From Octopus sinensis (Eukaryota): a DNA stretch of 18,920 nt. The notes beneath the pieces were generated by a model. It saw only the letters and a program-made list of their open reading frames with translations. It did not search any database and was not told the origin of the DNA. Within the stretch, counting starts at the first letter, position 1. Every line of letters begins with the position of its first letter. The stretch spans positions 1 through 18,920 of the forward strand of contig NW_021824410.1 of assembly GCF_006345805.1 (NCBI RefSeq), written 5' to 3'. Made by a program: the position numbers and the translations under genes. This document shows positions 11,286 through 18,920 of the stretch, one piece after another.

Positions 11286-11398
11286 TGGAAACCACGCTGT
11301 CCAACCAGCCGGTCGGCCAGCCAGTACATCTATATACGGAAGATGGTGTGAAATGTCCAGTGAACGCCAACAAAATAGCCTCATACTTCACTGTCAGT

Positions 11399-11418
11399 TG
11401 AACTTTGACCTCAGGTCA
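11399..11418. promoter_or_regulatory. Cluster of three nuclear-receptor half-sites (DR1 plus an everted half-site)
   Basis: TGAACT-t-TGACCT-c-AGGTCA. The reverse complement of 11399-11411 is AGGTCA-A-AGTTCA, a canonical DR1. This is a motif match only. Confidence 0.3.
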
Positions 11419-11499
11419 TCCATTTTCGGCTGTGAATCGCCGACTGTTGTAGTTCTATGCTGATAAAATATAGTATAGGTATTAGATGGATGTCTATAA

Positions 11500-11613
11500 T
11501 GTATAATGATGGTGTTGATATTGTTGTTGTTGTTTATGGTGGTGGTGGTGGTGGTGGTGACGGGATTGAGACATGGTAGAGTCTGGTTTTAGCAGAAGTA
11601 CAGTAGTAGTAGC

Positions 11614-11663
<50 letters not shown>

Positions 11664-12075
11664 AAGCAGCAGCAGCAGCATTAGTAGTAATAGTAGTAGA
11701 GATGGTGGTGGTGCTGCTGTTGGTTTTAGTGGTGGTAGAAATAAGTGTAACTATAGTACTGGTCATTGTGGCGTTAATGGCGTTGTTGTGGTGTGATGTG
11801 TGTGTATGTATGTGCGTATGTGTGTGTGTATGTGCGTATGTATGTGTGTGTGTGTGTGCGTATGTATGTGTGTGTGTGTATGTGCGTATGTATGTGTGTG
11901 TGAGTACTTTTATCTCTCTCTCCTCTATCTATCCTTCTCTCTTTCGCTGTCTTTCTCTCCCTTACTCTTTCTTTCTCTCCTAATCTCCCCTCCCTCCCTC
12001 TCCCTTTTCCTCTCTCTCCCTTTTCCCCTCTCTCCCTTTCTCTCTCGCTCACTTTCTCTCTTTCTCTCCCTCTTG
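11500..12075. repeat. Compound microsatellite block (TTG/GTG/GTA, then TG/TATG, then CT-rich)
   Basis: Directly visible. Confidence 0.9.
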
Positions 12076-12246
12076 ACGATCTAGCTTCTTGGGACCTGCT
12101 GACGAAACAAGTTACATGGAGTTGAATCAAATGTTTACTAATACATGGCAAACCGTGTTAAATATGTTCTTTCGTTTCTCCACTATATTTATATAGCAAT
12201 ATTACATTTCTAAATCTCTCAGAATGAGTTATGCAATGACAGCACG

Positions 12247-12545
12247 ATAAAGTGATGGCTTATCAGTGAATGTATTTCATTGGAAATTCTATAAGTTTTC
12301 AACAGCGATTTAGCAGCTACATCTAGCAAGGCTAAGCTACTCCAGACTGATGAAGGGCACTTACCTTGAAACTAGTCTCTGGAAGCTGGCTTTGTTGGGT
12401 GGAGGTGCTTATCTCCCCTGTTTGATAATTTAAGGACAGAGAACGTATGTGTTGCGTCCTTATGTGTTCTTGGGACTAAATAACAGTAATGTTCTTCCCT
12501 TCTCTGGGACTGCCACATTGACTTAGTAACAAGCCATCACTTTAT
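12247..12545. mobile_element. 299 bp element with perfect 15 bp terminal inverted repeats enclosing a hammerhead ribozyme
   Basis: ATAAAGTGATGGCTT (12247-12261) and its exact reverse complement AAGCCATCACTTTAT (12531-12545). GCAC occurs on both outer flanks (one base off on the left) and may be a target-site duplication. Confidence 0.55.
12341..12383 (+). ncRNA. Minimal type I hammerhead ribozyme (HHR-1)
   Basis: Stem I TCCAGA (12341-46)/TCTGGA (12378-83), core CTGATGA (12347-53), stem II AGGG/CCTT with loop CACTTA, GAAA (12368-71), 2-bp stem III within the palindrome ACTAGT, and cleavage triplet GTC (cut after 12377). Stem I extends past an AC bulge via AGCT/AGCT. All conserved core nucleotides are present. 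Confidence 0.85.
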
Positions 12546-12567
12546 GCACACACACACACACATTGTT

Positions 12568-12759
12568 TTATTCTTTTTTTTTGTTTCAGCCATACTGGAG
12601 CACCGCCTTTTTAGTCGAACAAATCGACTCCAGGACTTATTCTTTCAATGCCTAGTATTTATTCTATCGGTCTCTTATGTCAAACCGCTAAGTTACAGGG
12701 GCGTAAACTCACCAACATCGGTTGCCAAACGATGGTAGGGGTACAAACACAGATACACA
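12568..12759 (-). mobile_element. 3' half of the CORE-type SINE
   Basis: The reverse complement matches the SINE tail (CCATACTGGAGCACC...TAGTCGAACAAATCGAC...AAACCGCTAAGTTAC...). It stops at the internal microsatellite spacer. Confidence 0.88.
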
Positions 12760-13604
12760 AAGGTATTACTTTCCAGTAATAATATATATATATCTATGTA
12801 CAAAATATGGGGGTTTAGTACGAAGGTGATCTACACAATTAGCCACGCTAGGTAAGTGCTGTAACGGATTGCTAGAGATCCAAGGTTATAGTTATGGAGC
12901 CATTGCAGATTTCCGATATAGCGGATATATAATTTTATGTATACACACACACACACACACACATTGAGGTAGTGAATAGGTTTTCGCTTGCTTCTGATAA
13001 GCTCTCTAGCATTATAACGTGGGCACTAAGTACAAACTATTTATCTTTATTTAGATTTAAAATATTATGCAATGATGCAACATTATGGAAATCACGGAAT
13101 AATAGAATATAAATTATAACATGCAAAATGCAATAGAGAATTGAAAATGCGGAATACAAATTACAAAGTTGGAATGATAAAAAACATTATAATTTTTTAA
13201 ATAAATTTATGAAATTATGGGATTACCAAATTCGCGACATCATAATATTGTCATATGAAATTATAAAACAATAAAATTATCATATTATTGAATTAAGAAA
13301 TTATTAAATAAACAAATTATCGATTAATTTATGAAATTATTTATTTATTAATGCGTGGACACCAGGTTTCGGGATAATTACAGAATTGTGTCGTTACAAA
13401 TGACTCTGTTTGATTATTTATGCGGATAGCGGAAACTATGTGTGGAGGACACGTGAGTAACATGTAACTAAATATATGGTCACCATGCAAAGAATTGTTT
13501 TGAGTTCAATGTATTGATTGTGACGTGAATGGTGGGGGTGAGCTTCGTTTTAAGCTTTTCATTGGGTAATTCGGTATGTATTCGGATAGAAGTATTATAC
13601 GGAT

Positions 13605-14012
13605 TTTATCTTTCTATCTTTTACTTGTTTCAGTTATTTGACTGCGGCCATGCTGGAGCACCACCTTTAGTCGAGCAAATCGACCCCGGGACTTATTCTT
13701 TGTAAGCCCAGTACTTATTCTATCGGTCTCTTTTGCCGAACCGCTAAGTGACGGGGACATAAACACACCAGCATCAGTTGTCAAGCAATGCTAGGGGGAC
13801 AAACACAGACACACAAACACACATACGTATACATATACATATATATATACGACAGGCTTCTTTCAGTTTCCGTCTACCAAATCCACTCACAAGGCATTGG
13901 TCGGCCCGGGGCTATAGCAGAAAACACTTGCCCAAGATGCCACGCAGTGGGACTGAACCCGGAACCATGTGGTTGGTTAGCAAGCTACTTACCACACAGC
14001 CACTCCTGCGCC
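13605..14012 (-). mobile_element. Full-length, well-preserved CORE-type SINE copy
   Basis: The minus strand reads GGCGCAGGAGTGGCTGTGTGGTAAGTAGCTTG...GGTTCCGGGTTCAGTCCCACTGCGTGGCATCTTGGGCAAGTG... through to GACTGAAACAAGTAAAAGATAG-like terminal repeats. Confidence 0.92.
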
Positions 14013-14075
14013 TGTTTAACTTTGGTACGAAATGGTGAGAAATATCGCCTTGTTCTCTGTGGTGTACAGGTTGCA

Positions 14076-14456
14076 GGTTCTATTTTGTTCGTCTTTTCAA
14101 TTAGATCCAAGATATATCTGCATAAACTGTTACCTGTTCTTTTATTTAGGTTTCTGAATGCGTGGCAGTGTGTCTGGAGTCGAGATTTAAATTGTTCTCA
14201 GTTCCATGTGAAATTTGGTTCTTTCTTATTTTCTTTAAAGACACCGATTTGGTTTTCCACGGATGTTTTGAGGCACAGACTGCTTAGTAGGGCCGCTACA
14301 GTTGAATGTTAGGCGAGGGTTCTTGTTGCTATTGTCGATTAGTTTGTTCACAGGGGTTTTGCGTATTTTAGCGGCCAAGTTACTCGTGCTTTTTTAAATA
14401 ATTTGTAATGCCTGCTGTTACAGTATTTTTGTATGAGGATGAGCAGGTTTTGGTAT
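14076..14456 (-). pseudogene. Decayed Penelope-like element ORF fragment (RT-endonuclease linker plus GIY-YIG endonuclease)
   Basis: With stops and frameshifts, the minus strand reads FIPKPAHPHTKIL..STSNLAAKIRK..NKLI..TFNCSGP / CLKTSV..KEPNF..*EQFKSRLQTHCHAFRNLNKRTGNSLCRYILDL. This order matches the Penelope pattern FP..H.LHKIF..SYSCM.N...II..HN.KIL..CNC..CL...VY....YIG.T...FK.R...H...F......T.LS.YIW.L. Confidence 0.65.
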
Positions 14457-15364
14457 GAACGCATGTATGTATGAATGTATGTATGTATGTATGTATGCAT
14501 GTATATTTGTATGTATGTATGTATGTATGTATGTATGTATGTATGTATGTATGTATGTATGTATGTATGTTTGTATGTATGTATGTATGTATGTTTGTAT
14601 GAATGTATGTATGTATGTATGTATGTATGTATGTATGTGTGTATGAATGTATGTATGTATGTATGTATATTTGTATGTATGTATGTATGTATGTTTGTAT
14701 GAATGTATGTATGTATGTAGTATTTTGTATTTGTATGTATGTATGTATGTATTTTGTATGAATGTATGTATGTATGTATGTTGTGTGTATGAATGTATGT
14801 ATGTATGTATGAATATTTGTATGTATGTATGTATGTATGTTTGTATGAATGTATGTATGTATGTATGTATGTATGTATATTTGTATGTATGTATGTATGT
14901 ATGTTTGTATGAATGTATGTATGTATGTATGTATGTATGTGTGTATGAATGTATGTATGTATGTATGTATATTTGTATGTATGTATGTATGTTTGTATGA
15001 ATGTATGTATGTATGTATGTATGTGTGTATGAATGTATGTATGTATGTATGTATGTATGAATGTATGTATGTATGTATGTATGTGTGTATGAATGTATGT
15101 ATGTATGTATGTATGTATGTATGTATGTATGTATGTATGTATGTTGTCTGTATGTATGTGTGTTTGTATGTATGTATGTGTGTATGTATGTATGTATGTA
15201 TGTATATGCATGCATGTATGTATGTATGTATGTATGTATGTATGTATGTATGTTTGTATGAATGTATGTATGCATGTATGTATGTATGTATGTATGTTTG
15301 TATGAATGTATGTATGTATGTATGTATGCATGTATGTATGCATGTATGTATGTGTGTATGTATG
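14457..15364. repeat. ~0.9 kb (TATG)n array with recurring variant blocks
   Basis: Directly visible. It explains the MYVC/HTYI ORFs. Confidence 0.98.
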
Positions 15365-15558
15365 CTCTGTTATGGAAATCAGTTACCTTCTAGACATGAA
15401 TGTGATTAGAAAAATAGAGGAGAAAGACGACAGAACAGCATAATTTGTTGAATCAGAGGTTGCAACTTTGGGCCAAATGTTCCTGCCTCCCTTCATCTCG
15501 TTCTTGGTGCTCCAATCGATTTAATAGCTTCCTTTCCGACTGGAAATCGGATAACGAA

Positions 15559-15559
<1 letters not shown>

Positions 15560-15636
<77 letters not shown>

Positions 15637-15734
15637 GTATGTATGTATGTATGCATGTATGTATGTATGTAGTGTATATAAATATATATATATATATATA
15701 TATTTATTGATAGATAGATAGATATGTAAATAGG

Positions 15735-15766
<32 letters not shown>

Positions 15767-15778
15767 ATATATATATGT

Positions 15779-15810
<32 letters not shown>

Positions 15811-15866
15811 CAGAGAGAGAGAAAGAGAGATACATAGACAGATAGACAGACAGACATAGAGAGATT

Positions 15867-15948
<82 letters not shown>
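15560..15948. repeat. Compound microsatellite (TATC)n-(TATG)n-(TA)n-(TG)n-(GA)n-(GATA)n
   Basis: Directly visible. Confidence 0.95.
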
Positions 15949-15949
<1 letters not shown>

Positions 15950-16117
15950 GAAAATATGAACGTATGTATATAAGTATATGTCAGCATATATCCATTTTTG
16001 TTTCCTTGCGTGAGTGTGTGTGTGCATGAGTGTATGTGTGTGCAAATATATTCATACAGAAGAGAAAGAGAGTGACAGGGAAAGCATATATATTTGTAAA
16101 CCCATTTCGGAAAAGAG

Positions 16118-16173
<56 letters not shown>

Positions 16174-16324
16174 TCAATGGGTGAATGAATTATCCTATGT
16201 TTACCGTTAACATGGAAAATTCAATGAACCGTTACCAGGGTAGCAAATCACGTCAGAAGCACGGTTGAAGCGACCTATCCAAAGGTAGAAACTCCGGGTT
16301 AACGTGCAGTCATGTGTGTGTTAT

Positions 16325-16979
16325 AGACGAATAGGTAAATAAATGGAGATGAACGAAGATGTTAATAAAATTCTTTTACTTATACATATGTTTCGAAGAC
16401 AACATAGTTTTATTCCAAAGGAATAAACGGTGTAAGATGCAATCTTCTCATCAAATCTGAACTCTTCCATATTCTCTTCTCTAAGAATCCCCTTGTAAAC
16501 ACACTTATATAGCGATCGTGCAAATGTAAACACTGGCAGAAATATACCTTTAGCTCATATAAGTGATTTCGCCAGTCTTTATAGTTTGAACAGTTAGTTT
16601 AACTTGCACTTCACTTCAATAGAGAAATCTATTTCTAAGCCTTTGAACATTTTCTTAATCAACGTACCCCTCCCTCTCTATTTGTTCCCTACTTATTATT
16701 CCTTTAACCCTTCTCTTCCTAATATCTAACTTTGACGTCAAATCTACTATCGGTTTTTTTAAAATACTTAACAACGTTCTGTCTATCATGTAGACAGCCA
16801 TCGTAATTGTTACAATGTCTTGTTGTTGAGGGAGGTTCTCTTTCTTTCCTGATGAGAAGATTGCATCTTACACCGTTTATTCCTTTGGAATAAAACCATG
16901 CTGTCTTCGAAACATATGTCGAAAGTAAAAGAATTTTATTAACATCTTCGTTCATCTCCATTTATTTACCTATTCGTCT
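16325..16979. repeat. ~130 bp inverted repeat pair (16325-16453 and 16850-16979) separated by a ~396 bp spacer
   Basis: Manual alignment of the reverse complement of 16325-16453 to 16850-16979 shows 4 substitutions and one 1-nt gap. The arrangement resembles the inverted pseudo-LTR structures of Penelope-like insertions. Confidence 0.92.
16844..16925 (+). ncRNA. Type I hammerhead ribozyme with extended stem II (HHR-2)
   Basis: Stem I CTTTC (16844-48)/GAAAG (16921-25) extends with mismatches to 16836/16933. Core CTGATGA (16849-55). Stem II GAAGATTGCAT/ATGCTGTCTTC (10 of 11 paired) is capped by a TTATTCC/GGAATAA hairpin. GAAA (16909-12), short stem III within the palindrome ACATATGT, and GTC cleavage site (cut after 16920). 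Confidence 0.85.
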
Positions 16980-17003
16980 CTCTCTCTCTCTCTCTCTCTA
17001 TAC

Positions 17004-17058
<55 letters not shown>
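16977..17058. repeat. (TC)n-(TA)n-(GA)n compound microsatellite
   Basis: Directly visible and self-complementary. Confidence 0.95.
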
Positions 17059-17065
<7 letters not shown>

Positions 17066-17569
17066 AGAGCGAGAAAGAGGGAAAGAGAGAGAGGGAGAGA
17101 GAGAAATGACAACGAAAGACGAAAAACAGAGAAACAATATTTGCGCGGGCGCATGCGCTTAGGTGTTTTGTGTGTGTGCGTGTGTATGTGTGTGTGGGTG
17201 GGTGGGTGAGTATTTGTGGCTATGTGTGTGTGTGTGCATCTGTTTGTGTAAAACAGAGGGTGAGAAGAGGGAGAATAGAATCGCTTTTCTGTTTAGGAAG
17301 TTAAAACGGGAAGCGATATTAGCAATTATCATCACTACCATCACCACCATTACCGTCATCATCAACAACTCAAATACCATCATCATCATCTCTCATCATA
17401 ATCGTCATCATCATCATCAGCATCATCATCATTATCATTATCTTCTTTTACGTCATTATTGTTGCTATTATTATCACTTTAGTCAGGTTGGATTTGATGA
17501 ATTTAATTATCAAAAGAAGAATGTTAGAGAATGACAAACCAATTGAAATGAGGCTAAGCTGGAAACAAC

Positions 17570-17617
17570 TTATATATATATATATATACGTACATACACA
17601 CACACACACATATAATT

Positions 17618-17654
<37 letters not shown>

Positions 17655-17837
17655 CATATATATGTGTGTGTATGTACATATGCATATATATATATATGTG
17701 TGTGTGTGTATATATATTTACATATACACACACACACATACAGATGAGATACATAGACAGATATAGATACAAACACACACACATATATTTATATATATAT
17801 ATATATATCAGTTTGTATACATATATACATGCATTAC

Positions 17838-17870
<33 letters not shown>

Positions 17871-18132
17871 CAGACTGGTTTGCGTAAGTGGGTGGATGAA
17901 GTATATGTTTGCATAGGTATCTGTGCATATAAATATGTATTTATGTGTGTAGACACTTGTATAGTAATATTTCTACGATTATATATACGTACGGGCATAG
18001 ATACATAAATATATGCATATATATACAAGTATATATATATATAAATATATATATATATATTATACATACATACATATAAACGAACTTACATACCTACATA
18101 CACACATATACAAATGTGTAGATATATCTATG

Positions 18133-18169
<37 letters not shown>

Positions 18170-18310
18170 GGGGAGAGAGAGGGAGATAGGGTGAGATGTA
18201 CATATATAGCTAGGAAGGTAAAGACTAAAGGAAAGAGAGAGATGCACACGCGCATGCGTATGTGTGTGTGTGTGTGTGTAGGTGTGTGTGTAGGTGTGTG
18301 TGTTAGGTGT
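17570..18310. repeat. Interspersed (TA)n/(CA)n/(TG)n low-complexity block
   Basis: Directly visible. Confidence 0.9.
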
Positions 18311-18881
18311 GTGCGTGTGTGCTTATGTTCGTCATTTGCGGAAAGAAAAAACAAAAATCTATTCTATGAAGGCGGGACAGACAAAAATAATTATGAGTTA
18401 GGGGAACGATGATGAGATCTAATCAAATTTTGAATTTTAATTTCAATATTTTAAAAGATAGAAGAAAGAAGAAGAAGGCGAAAAAAAATCAAATAGATTA
18501 AAAATACATCAAATTTCGCTTTGCCAAGAAAAAAATATATATATATATCTAATAAAAGGTAACAAGAAAAAAACCACAAGAACAGAAACAAAAAACATTA
18601 CCAAAAACTAGTAATGAACTATTTAAAATGAAACATGCAGAAAAGTTGAGAGAAAAAAGGAGGAAAGAGAGAAATTAATATAAGTATGGCGGGGGTGGGG
18701 GAGTATTAACGAAATGAAAAGAAAAAAGAACAATGTTGAAATAATAAAAGACAAGTAATGATTTCTTTCTTTCTTTCCTTCTTTCTTCCTTTCTTTCTTG
18801 CTCCATTTGATGAAAAATTCCTACAACCCCAAAGGATTGTGTCGTAACGACAAAATGATTTTACACCATTTTCAGTTACAG

Positions 18882-18920
<39 letters not shown>

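Noticed and set aside
12097-12110. CTGACGAAAC hammerhead-like word
   Set aside because: There is no room for stem II between the core motifs and no stem I.
13788-14312. 174 aa plus-strand ORF
   Set aside because: It is a chance fusion of the antisense SINE and the antisense Penelope relic.
16454-16849. GIY-YIG remnant in the spacer of the inverted repeat
   Set aside because: Only a vague Cys-containing stretch with stops was found, and the motif order could not be supported.
177-18412. Most ORFs in the supplied six-frame track
   Set aside because: They translate microsatellites (YI, CV, HT, MYVC, LSIY, ASQP, homopolymers) and are open in several frames and on both strands at once, which indicates simple repeats lacking stop codons.

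Overview
AT-rich eukaryotic DNA saturated with microsatellites. It most likely comes from an octopus genome; this is inferred from my recollection of the repeat consensus sequences and was not verified by a search. No complete gene is visible, and nearly all ORFs in the supplied track are translations of simple repeats or SINEs. Features supported by the sequence: (1) a ~1.03 kb non-autonomous Helitron (586-1614) containing a frameshifted coding-like relic; (2) at least six copies or fragments of a tRNA-derived CORE-type SINE, plus pieces of other SINEs; (3) a candidate signal-peptide-encoding first coding exon (3939-4091, +) that the ORF track misses, ending at a CAG|GTAAAT donor in a GC-rich island with a strong G-quadruplex motif; (4) a decayed Penelope-like GIY-YIG endonuclease relic (14076-14456, -); (5) two intact-looking minimal type I hammerhead ribozymes on the + strand. 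One (12341-12383) lies in a 299 bp element bounded by perfect 15 bp inverted repeats. The other (16844-16925) lies in one arm of a ~130 bp fold-back whose opposite arm is a disabled antisense copy. The hammerhead/Penelope cluster is the most interesting signal.
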